A stretch of DNA of 60,026 bases from Catajapyx aquilonaris (lineage: Eukaryota): assembly GCA_000934665.2 (NCBI GenBank), contig JYFJ02002296.1, positions 1 through 60,026 on the forward strand. The letters are read 5' to 3'. Below the pieces are notes generated by a model that saw only the letters and a list, made by a program, of their open reading frames with translations, did not search any database and was not told the DNA's origin. Position numbers and translations under genes: made by a program. Below, one piece after another: positions 24,701 to 35,313 of the stretch (position 1 is the stretch's first letter; every line of letters begins with the position of its first letter).

Positions 24701-26277
24701 CAACAGCTGTGAGGCCCCCGATGTCTACGCTACATATGAAATTAATCATCAAGCCTCCCGACAACCAGGAAAATGCAAGTGTCCCAAACGCAGAAATGCA
24801 GCCTGAATCTTCAACAACCGCACCCGCAAAAGCCGTACAGATATTGCCAGTGCATAAGCAAGGTGTTGGCTCATCAGAAATGAAGCTCCTCATCGTAAAT
24901 CCAGCCTCAATGAAGACGACATCTGGCCAACCGATGTTTCCCATCCCGTTGCCAGCATCGGGCAAATCCAGTGAGGGTCTACCGTCGCCTGAAATCAGAC
25001 TGATCCTTCTGAAGCCAGGTGCAAATGCCGCAACACAGGGCCAACAGGTGTCCAATGATGAGCTTTCGGCCCAGGAAAGCAATGAGAAGGAAGAAAGTGG
25101 GTGAGTTAGATTGTGTTTTGAAGGCCATTTGCATTATATTTATCCGGTTTTGTTTTCAGAAAAGCAAGCGGAAATTTGCCTGAAGCTTCTGCAAAAGTGG
25201 CTGCCAAACCGTACAAGTACAAGCCCGTCCAGTGCACCATTTGCAACAAGACCGTCGCCCGGCAGTGCAACTTGCCGCGACACATTCGGCTGCACCACTT
25301 ACGAGGGCCCAAGCCCGTAAAATGTAGACGATGCGGAGGGGAACGTGGGGATAACCACAACTGCCCGGTAGTGAAGAAGAAGCATGTTTGTGACCAGTGC
25401 GGAGGCGAGTTTACTCAAAGGAACTATCTACGCCTGCATGTGTGGGCCGCACATTCAGACAGAGCCAGGAAGACTCAGCGGACATTCCATTGCAGTTGGT
25501 GCAGCGAATCCTTTCTGCTGAAGCCTTTGCTGACCGATCACATCATGAAAGCGCATGAAGTCGAGTCAGAATCGGTGCGGATGCCATGCGTTTGTGAGAT
25601 TTGCGGAAAGAGGTGTGTACCGCACTCGTGACCTAATGTGAACATGTTAATAATCCGTCGGTTTTATTTTCAACAGGTTTCAAAAGCAGAGAAGCTTGCG
25701 GATCCACTTGCAACGACACACTGGCGAGAGAACATGCGTGTGCCATGTTTGCGGACGTGGTTTCTTCTCCAAGTCCGACCTGAATGCTCATCTGTCGCTC
25801 CACACGTGGGAGAGACCCCACATGTGTGAGACATGCGGAAAGACTTTTAGATCCAGAGCAGGTCTCAGCCACCATAAAAGAAGGCACAGTGAAGCGAAGC
25901 CGTTTCAGTGCGCCGTATGCAGTCGCAGCTTCAAGCTCAAGTCTTATCTGGATAACCACCATAAGATACACACTGGAATGAGGCCTTACAAGTGCGAGAT
26001 ATGCAGCAAGACGTTTGTGCATTGTACGTCCATGAGATACCATCAGCTGACCCACGCAGCTGAGAGGCCATTTCCGTGCATGATCTGCGGGAAATCATTT
26101 GTCCACAAGCAGGGGTTGCGCATGCACGTCAAGATTCACACCGGAGAAAACCTGTTCGAATGTGAAATTTGCAGCAAAGCGTTTAGAAAGAAAGACTCGT
26201 ACGTGAAGCACGTCAAAGCACATACGGACGGACTCTCGTTGGAAAATCAAGCGGAAAAACTATCGCAGAATAATTGA
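21736..26277 (+). CDS. THAP-C2H2 zinc-finger protein D (about 10 fingers)
   Basis: Exons 21736-22045, 23511-23691, 23833-23909, 24416-25100, 25160-25612 and 25677-26277; phases 1,2,1,2,2 are consistent and the first four match gene C. Confidence 0.88.
22150..23360. repeat. Intronic 56-bp satellite
   Basis: Unit cataactgacatgggatgtaactaatacattatagctaataatataagatggagca; about 10 identical copies at about 22675-23250, degenerate related units upstream, inverted fragment after about 23295. Confidence 0.95.
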
Positions 26278-26730
26278 CGGAAATTGAATGAAGTTACGCA
26301 GCCTTAACGATGTTAGTTTTTTATAGTCCCAAACTGTACAAATATTTGGCATTTTTTTGGGTTGTAATGGACAGTTTAATATTTTTGCATTGCACGTCGC
26401 TCGTGAATTCTTAACAATATACAACAAAATTAACATAAAAAGTTGGTTTCATTTTTTTTCCCGCATTCCAAAACTGTACATTTGCCAACCCAAAATTCCG
26501 TGCGTCTGGCAATGAATTTTGTGTTACCTGTACGCCCAACAAATGGAGACCTTTGGCTAATTATTTCCTCATGTCCCGCTTTGGCTCTTCAAATTTCATG
26601 TCCCAACATGGACACCAGTGTCCAGCATCTTGATGGGTAAGAATGCAGTACCAGTACTTTCAATTTTGTTGCAACGATAGGCTACGTGATGTGCGATCTA
26701 ATGCTGATGAATAATTTGCATTGTTTTCAG

Positions 26731-27481
26731 CAACGTGGGCAGTAAGAGTCCTGATGTGATGGACAAGAATGTGGATCATGCGGATGGAACGTACACTTGC
26801 GACATTTGCAGTGCGCAGTTGCCCAGCCGTCGCAGTGTGAAGCTGCACATATTTCGGGCGCATGTCGAAAAAGTATTGCGGTGCGACCAATGCGACAAGT
26901 TGTTCTCGAAGCAAAGGGCGCTGAAGCGGCACAGAGAACTGAAGCATGGCGAGGTGAATTCGTTGGCGTGCGAGACATGCGGGAAGGTTTTCTTGAACAG
27001 CAGCCGCCTGCAGGTGCATCGGAGACGTCACGCCAAGGAGAAGTCGTTGATGTGCCATGTGTGCGGGAAAAAGTTTTCATTCCCAGGAGAGTTGGAAGTT
27101 CATTTGCATGTTCACACCGGAGAGAAACGGTTCATGTGCGACATCTGCGGGAAGACATTTGGGAGCCAGTCCGCACTGAGCCATCACCTGCAGACGCACA
27201 GTACGACAGTGAAGCAACATCAGTGTGCCATATGCGACAAGACATTTGCGCTCAAGTCCATGCTCAACGACCACCTTGTGCTGCACACTGGGAAAAAGCC
27301 ATATCAATGCAAAGTGTGCCTGAAGGCTTTCCCATGGCGCTCATCTTTGGCCAAGCATATGACCACCCACTCTGACGACAAGCCGTTTCCATGCGACATA
27401 TGCGACATGACATTTGCCTGGAAGCTAAGCAGAGACAGACACCTGACGGTGCACAGCAGGGAGAAGCCCATGTCGGAGTGA
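26731..27481 (+). CDS. Orphan C2H2 exon (8 fingers), probable alternative terminal exon of gene D
   Basis: Acceptor ttgttttcag at 26721-26730 with phase-2 entry, open frame with 8 fingers, AATAAA at about 27510, and no THAP exon of its own. Confidence 0.8.
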
Positions 27482-28460
27482 AACTTGAACCGGAGGACAA
27501 CTTTTTTAAAATAAAATGTATTTGGAAAACAATGTCATCAAAAAATATATTCGGATACATTTGCAGAGAAAAAAAATAATCCAAACGACTCGAATTCAAA
27601 CCGCGCGCTCTTTTCTTCCCGGAACATGCGCAGAACCCGTGCGCATAACTTGCACTGCAGCCTTAATTAAACATCGTAATTAAATCAAACTGTCGTTGCG
27701 TTCCATTTCGAAGCCACTAATTAATATACTGTGCTACTTTTAATTATAAAAGGTATTAGTTAATTACAGACCTGCTTATTCGTAGCGGCACTTCCACACC
27801 CCCGAGTGGAATTCTAATTAACGGTGATTATAAGGATCAATACTGGGCATAATATGACTGTACATTATATCCATACAAACAAATGCAGTTATATTAATAT
27901 AATATTGCGAATTATAGTTTCAGAATATATTTTTTGTGCCCCACAGGTAGTGGGCGTCCACCGGGAGTGGGCTGCGTTCGACGTTCTTCTGATGAACGCC
28001 TAGTCGGACGCAGCCTTGTTTTGTTGAGAGTGAGAGCGAGTGATTGTTTCCTTCGGACAACAATACCTGGAGCCTCGCATTGTCGTCGATTGAAGGTCAG
28101 TTGGGGGCCAGGATAAACCCTGAAACGATTGCCGCACCGTACAGGGCCATTGGGAGAATCGTGGTGGCCAAACAGACGCAGCCAAATCCATTTTAGTTGT
28201 GACTATCGGGCATAGAATCGAACGAAACTAGTCCCTGTCATGTACCTTATAATTTATTTATTCTTTAAAAAAAAGGAACAATTTTCTAAGTTGTGCAGCG
28301 TGCATGGCAATCAGTTTTCTAATTTAAATGACCAGTAATTACCTGTAGAATTTTACAAGAATAATTGTGGAGGTACATATGCAACAAGCTTTTTGTCTTA
28401 CATTTGTGAATTGCCTATCCATTGTTGACTAACCATTTCAGAGGGAAGTGAGCACCTAAT

Positions 28461-28796
28461 CAGGGAGCATACATACTACATAAAGAGGCGCAAACATTCG
28501 ATTTTTGCGTCTCTCTGTTTGGGGACTGGCGGCCATCTTGAAGTGTGTGGAACGCCAACGAGGTATAAATAGGGTACAGGCAAAAATAGGGTCCGCCATC
28601 TTTGATTCGCGCGTGTTCTTGCCATGTAGTTGCCATGGCCGTCACAATCATCAAAGATGGCGGACCCTATTTTTGCCTGTACCCTATTTATACCTCGTTG
28701 GCGTTCCACACACTTCAAAATGGCCGCCAGCCTTGGCAACGGCCCCAAACAGAGAGACGCGAACATCAAAGGCGCCGACAGAAGTTCGCGCCCCTG
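28461..28796. mobile_element. Foldback MITE with CAGGG termini, copy 2
   Basis: Near-identical internal arms to 2973-3309; 7-bp flanks acctaat/acctagc. Confidence 0.85.
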
Positions 28797-29299
28797 ACCT
28801 AGCTCCTCCCGTTGAACTTTAACTGCTCCTCTTGCATGCATAGAATCCAGGTTAATTGGGGTGGCAGGAGGCAGATCGTCATTTCACAGAACGAACTGCA
28901 TCAAATTGGGTGTCATGCTTCACTTCATCCTCACACGTTGCTATGGAACGTGCTACACGGAAGCCCTCTTGGATCAAACTTGTGGGAATTAGTCATACTT
29001 GGGGCTCACAAAGTGGTTGTGTCATTGCAAGGTGTCCTAGGACAGTCACACCAAGGGGGTAACCTCTCCCCAAAAAAGTGTACAGCATGCCGGTTACCCT
29101 GTACAGACCTGTTCCACGAAATGGTTACCCCCTCGGACAGCACTTTTGCAGGTTGACTACTGGAGTAAACAAGGAATGGGCATGGGTGATTGAGGAATGC
29201 CGGCCCACATGTAGAAGACTACATGAACTCCTGATGGATTTCTCCACTAGGTGACATGATTCGAAGCAACCAAGAGCCACCCTGCCGATGGTTCTCTTC

Positions 29300-29500
29300 G
29301 GAGCAGAAATCTGGGGCAGGAGAGCAAAGATTAAGAGTATCAGGCACCTGTTGCCGTTGCCAATGTCAGGTCGCAGGACAGCCTGGTGCAGGGGGCGCAG
29401 CGGGTCCTGGCAGCGTCTGAAGGGAGGATATCGCTCTGTTGGGCAAAGGCTCATTCTGGAATATATGGGAACGAGGCAGCTGATGAGGAGGCAAATGTGA
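29300..29500 (+). mobile_element. Decayed non-LTR retrotransposon RNase H fragment
   Basis: ISLCWAKAHSGIYGNEAADEEA matches the RNase H C-terminal motif WVxxHxGxxGNExAD; boundaries approximate. Confidence 0.7.
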
Positions 29501-29780
29501 CAACGGCATGGGCAACCTTTAACGAGTTCTGCCTGCGAGTGCTATGCATGCAAAAGGAGCAGTTACAGTGCAATAATTTCAGGCCCACCGTGGCCTCAGA
29601 TGAACTCAGCATGAAAATGCCATATTTATATTCTGCAACTGAGATGACAATTATTTTATTTTTGACCCTCACTATAGTCCCTTATGGACAGGTGGTGCTG
29701 TAATTGTTCGGTAATGTGAAGGTGTGTTGCTGATGCCGATTTATTTACTGCTGCACCATTAGGAGCTTGAGTGTTGAAGG

Positions 29781-32093
29781 ATGCCGTCACTACCCCCCAG
29801 CCTCTGCTGCGTGTCATGCTGCCCCAATAATCGTGGCAAAGGGGCCTCACCAGCTGGTCGGACTCATTGCTATCCTTTTCCAAAGGATGAAACGATGAGG
29901 GCATTGTGGTTGACTGCCATTTTCAATCCTGATGTGTTTGGGGTGTGCTCGGAACACTTTCAAGGAGGGGATTTTATTTATTTCCAACCTCAAAGTGGCA
30001 GTGAAGAAGATGAAGAACAAAGGATGGAGCCATCTCCTGTCATGCTTAAGAAGTATGCTTGTCCATCCAGAAATCTAACTCGCACAGGTTGGTAATATTA
30101 TTGTGGCCTTTAGTAGAAGTAGTAGTTGTCTCCAGGATGATTATAATGCAATCATTTCGTAAGGTATCATGATCAATTCTTTGTTTGTAGGTTGCGTTAG
30201 TGCGTGAAAGAGAGTAAATCTGAAGTACCTTATTATGTTATGAAGCAAGTTGTTTACAGACTTGTGGCTACACCAAGCAATTAATATCTGCATTAATTTC
30301 CAGCTGAAGAGGTGACAACAAAAGGCAGTATGACGACAGAAGTGCAGAAGGAACCAGTCCTGGACCACAATAACGAGGGATTACCTAAAAGAAAGAGGGT
30401 GTCATTTACTGACGTTTTGCAGAAGTTAGCAAATGAAGCAATGGAAGTCAAAGCCGGAGATAAGATTCCTAGTGATCATTCCGTCAGAGTGGAGCCCTTG
30501 AAGAAGGCTCCCATGGTGGTCATACATGACACAGAGTTTCTCCGATGTCACAGTTTTTCACGTGTACCCCTTTCGAATGAAGTGGAACCAATTTTGCCAC
30601 GGAGTCAGTATTCATCAGAACCCATGGATTTGTGTGGACCAATTCCGATTGAAGATCAATCATGCTCCCGTCGTGCTGTTAGGTGTCAAGGGATTCTTAG
30701 TGGACAGGAAGCAGCAAGTGCTCGTCAAACTTCATGTGAACCATCCCCTGATGCTGGAAGACCACTTTCAACTGTTAATGAGTCTGAAATGACTTCACTG
30801 TTGGCAGGCACTTTCAACCCGTCTTGTTCAGATGAACCAGATGAAAACAAAGCAGATCCGCAACTTACAGACAGATGCAACCATACCAAGATCTCCAAGC
30901 AAATTGGTTGCAGTTTGGAAGAAAGGATTATTGCACTTGTGGCCCTGGACCATTCTTATGCGTGAGTGTCAAGGTGATCGTTACAAAACCAGCCAAGTTC
31001 TGCTGAATTGCTTTTCTTATAATTATCTGTAATATTGGCCCTTCCCCTCACGTTAACATGCCGCTAGGTAAAATCATTCGTAGAGTTTTCTCCAGGTTGT
31101 AAGTTTATTGAAATAAAATTAAATCATGGAATCGGAACATGAAATACTCTGTATGAAAAATGACCTGACTCGTAAGCACTTCTTTCTTTAAGCCATTTTT
31201 CCTATTCCTTGGATGAATTAAAGTTGGACTGATGAATCGAGTCCTTACAATAAAGAATTAGCTAGAAAAACCCTACAATCGGGGTAAGGAAAATAAAATA
31301 AATAAATAAGAATTAGCTAGAAAATATTATTCCCACTCTGATCATTTCTTCAGCTGGACCATATGTCAAAATTGATAAAAGGTAACAAGCAATAATTTTA
31401 CATGTAGTGCATAATGATAAGGTCTAGAATTATGGTGACATCTTTTAATGTGGCTGAGTTGCTCCACTGATGCTAGATTGTCTACCATGGATTGAATGCT
31501 CAACTTTCGATGGGCCGCCAGATCTCACGGGTCTTTACGACCTAGGTTGTAATAGAAGAAGGAATTACGCAATATGCAGCAAATTCAAATTTCGTGTGAA
31601 AGATGTTAATGGATTCATTCCTTTCTTGCAGAATTTGCAGAAAACCTCATGACCATGACATTCAGAAACCACCAACAACTAAAGAAAACTGTTTGAAGAC
31701 CGGTACTGCTTCGCCTGCCAAAAGGAGATCAGATTGTTTGAAGACCAGTACTCCTTCACCTGCCAAAAGGAGATCAGATTGTTTGAAGACCGGTACTGCT
31801 TCGCGTGGCAAAAGGAGAGCAGATTGTTTGAAGAGGAAGCAGCCACATATAGCAAAGTCAACGAAAAGGGGTGGCACCTTTGGTTTATGTGAAAACTGTG
31901 ATAAGCAACTTGAGGGTGAACCTCATGGCTCAGTTAACGGAGATGTTCACATGGAAGAAGGAGAGGAGCAGTTTCCGAGTGACTTGGGCCCAGCGGAACA
32001 TGATGTTCCATCAAGGCGTGCTGAACGTAAGGTGCTGCTCCGCAGGAAGTCACTCTTCCAATGTGTATTATGTGGTAGGAAGGACCTACGCAG
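29781..32093 (+). CDS. THAP protein E, lacking an intact C2H2 array (3' end unresolved)
   Basis: Exons 29781-30087, 30304-30961 and 31632 (or 31641)-32093 are phase-consistent. THAP pattern CCVSCC..YPFPKD..WLTAIFNP..VCSEHF..ACPSRNL; DHSY motif; ends in the half finger FQCVLCGRK. A possible last exon lies at 33043-33091. Confidence 0.7.
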
Positions 32094-33739
32094 GTACGCA
32101 ATGCCACTTTTTTTTGTGGTGTATAGGAAGTTGAAATACCTGGTCATGATGTAATGAACGATGATTACCACAGCACGGTTATTGCAGAAGGGAGTTTCTC
32201 ATGGGGTGTGGGAGGTAGCCATCAGTCTTGATAAATTATTACGCAGGGTGTGGAAATTTATCCTGCCTTTGCTTTTGAGGATGATAGAAGGACTCTAAGG
32301 CATTAACCATTTATGGTTAGGCCTCTTTTTTGTGTTCTCTCTTTTTGGTGTGGGTGCATCAAAATAGCACCTGCTCTACTTCCAGATTTATTGAAAGCTA
32401 TTAAGGCCAGGTGCAAACAGGCTACTTGGATCGAGGCTACTTGAAGCCGATATTCAAGCATCAAGTGTTTCCAGGTAGACGGCAGGCATGGTGTGGCCAT
32501 ATGAATCCAGGTTTCTTTCCGTCTAGCAGAAAAATTGGATACTTTGAAATCGGCTTTAAGTTGCCTCGATCCAAGTTGCATGATTACTAGGGGGCGACCG
32601 CGTGCTTGCTACAATATCACATGACAATAACTGTGCTTGTGACCAAGGTAGTGGCATTTTAAAATGTTGTACTCTTTTGTTCAACCCAGTACACTCTTTA
32701 CAGGTAATGCAAATATCATTGATACCAACTGGCAGACCTTATGGAGGTGGATATTGCTGATGGAAGTCCAACTTGAAGAACTTTTTTTTAAAGCACAGGA
32801 TAAAGTACTTCACCTGACGTGATCCGATGTGAATTATTTACAGTAGTCAACATCATGATCTTGGTGTGCATTCAGCTGTCACAAATGCATTGGAGAACAT
32901 AATATCAGTGGTTATCCAGTTAACTGACTGGGACCTTGCAACCTGAATCATTCTTAATTTATTTATTTTTTATAGTAGCACATGCTATATTAAGTCTTGT
33001 GAATCACCAGGCTCAGGGGTGCTCTTACTCTGCATTTTGCAGCTTGAAAAGCGCCGTGGCGATCACATTGAAGAGAAGCATCTATGTTTAACATCGTCAG
33101 TTTTCATCAAGTCCTTTTGTTAACTTGGGCCTTGGAATGGGAGAAAAGCATTAAATTGTGAGCAAAGTGTGTTTTGTGCGAAAAATAGGTCATCAAGTTA
33201 GCAGCCGAACAAAAATGGAAGCAGTGCATTATGCACAACATGTGATGTACCCAGTGGAATTTCAGAAACAGGTGATGCAGAGGCGAACTTGTGCAGAGGA
33301 GTGTCAAATGTATAGAAAATATTAATGAGGGGAACTAAAATATTTGGTCAAATGTTGGATATGAAGTTTATGGCCACACAAGCATGGAAATGGTGCATTT
33401 AGTATTAATATGTGAGGTGCAATTCCATAGACATCTGAATCAGTGAAGTTGTACAAAACACAGACTACACGTGACTGTCAAACATGTGGAAAATATTTAT
33501 TTAATAAAGCAACTGCAATAATAAATTGCGCTGTCTTTTTCCAGATCCTGAGAGGATATCAAGATTTAGTGTCTAGGGGGAACCCCCCCCCCCCCCACCA
33601 TTGATTATGTTATTAATTTTATTATATACCTCATTGAAAGAATTTTGGTCCAAGTTCTGAAGATAATTCCAATTCCTTTTTAGGGTTATATTACATAATT
33701 TTATGTTTATAACTTGATTGATTGGTAATGTTATGTTAA

Positions 33740-34161
33740 AGGGACACGCCACTCAAAAACCAAGTTTGGCTCTAAAAATCGGGCAAAAAAGCCTGAATCC
33801 GAAGGTGCAATCTGTTTTTCGCTACGCGGAACGGTAATCCCAGGCTGAGGTGTCAAAGTGTGTCGTCTGCTAATGAGCGGCGCCGCCACGCGGGGAACAG
33901 GGGAACTGGAGGGCTGCACCGCTCTGGGATGGATCTAAAAATAAGCGCGCGGGCAGGCGGGAGCAGCCCTCCAGTTTCCCAAGGTCCCGAGGGCGTCGCT
34001 GGCGGACGGCCAGCTTCTAGCGCACTATTTGAATTCCCCCCATTTTGACCCCTCGCCCTGGGATTACCGTTCCCCGTAGCGAAAAACGGATTGCACCTTC
34101 GGATTCAGGATTTTCTGCCCGATTTTTAGAGACAAACTTGTTTTTTGAGTGGAGTGTCCCT
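33740..34161. mobile_element. Non-autonomous DNA transposon with ~105-bp TIRs (Kolobok-like)
   Basis: agggacacgccactcaaaaa...gtaatcccagg pairs with cctgggattac...tttttgagtggagtgtccct; TTAA on the left only. Confidence 0.75.
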
Positions 34162-35313
34162 GGATGTAATATACAGTATATAATATTTTATGTCATGCAT
34201 TAGAAGGCAGAATCTAAGATATATAGGGGGGGGGGGGGGGGGNTCAGTGTACTTAACGTTCGTGTTTCGCGGCCGTGACCGAAGTTAGAAGCTCCACTTT
34301 ATAGGCATGCACCAAAATAATTGCAATTTTGTCGATCAGTGCTAACATATTATAGCCTACCGGTTCTTTGCTAACCATAAAATGCTGATTACTCAAAAAC
34401 CTGTAGTTGATGGAAGAAATTGGTGGACATATTTGAAATCAGCGCAAAAAAATAAAATATAGGAATCGCACATTCATATGTTACATATTGGCCAGAAAGA
34501 AAAAAAATCAAATTATTTCGTTCCCTATAGTGTTATTATTAACAACTATAATAGGCGACTATCATTATATTAACTGCTATGCTTTCTAACTGCTACTATA
34601 AGTTCTAGTTACTTTGAATTACTTTTAATCCCAAGTTTAATCCTGACATGCGTATTAAGATAATTATCATAAGCGTAATCATAATAATTATGGTAACCCT
34701 TATTATCTCCTATCACTGGCCATAACGGATTGGTCAAGAACAAGGTCAAGAATCGGTTCGGTATTGCTTGGGACGCATGCGCACGTCGCAGATTGGGGGG
34801 GAGGGGGGGGGGTTAATTTGCCCATGTAATCTCTGTATTGTTATTATTTAATATTTTATAATTCAACTTGAAAGTAATACAATTAGAGAGCGGAAGTGGT
34901 TGGGGGTCATTTGCAATTTATGTGCGTTTTAAGTGGGATTTGTGATGGTGTGCTTGATCGTGTGAATAAGAACGCTCGTTCTCTTCCCAACGATCAGAAG
35001 GATCAGGACTCGTTCTAAAATTTGGGATTCCCCCTTCGATTTAAAAATTATTATTATCTCGTTTTATGCCCACTTTTTAAGGACTATATAAACTCGGTGG
35101 AAATGTGCGACCGGACCATGCATCCATCAGTGGTGAGAGCATGCCTTCGGGGCCTTTATTTTTGTGAAAGTAATGTCTGGCTATGCATCCGTACACACTC
35201 ACTCTAATAAGAATAATTGCAAAGCAGTTGTTGCTTCTGGTTGGACTTTGGATATGACATGTAGAGGCGGGACAACTCAAAAAAAGATTTGGCTCACTCT
35301 CCTACCTCTGCAG

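Noticed and set aside
24333..25082. 249-aa minus-strand ORF and similar antisense ORFs over the finger exons
   Set aside because: They are antisense shadows of real plus-strand exons.
27989..28130. Hammerhead ribozyme suggested by CTGATGA
   Set aside because: No correctly placed stem II plus GAAA could be built.
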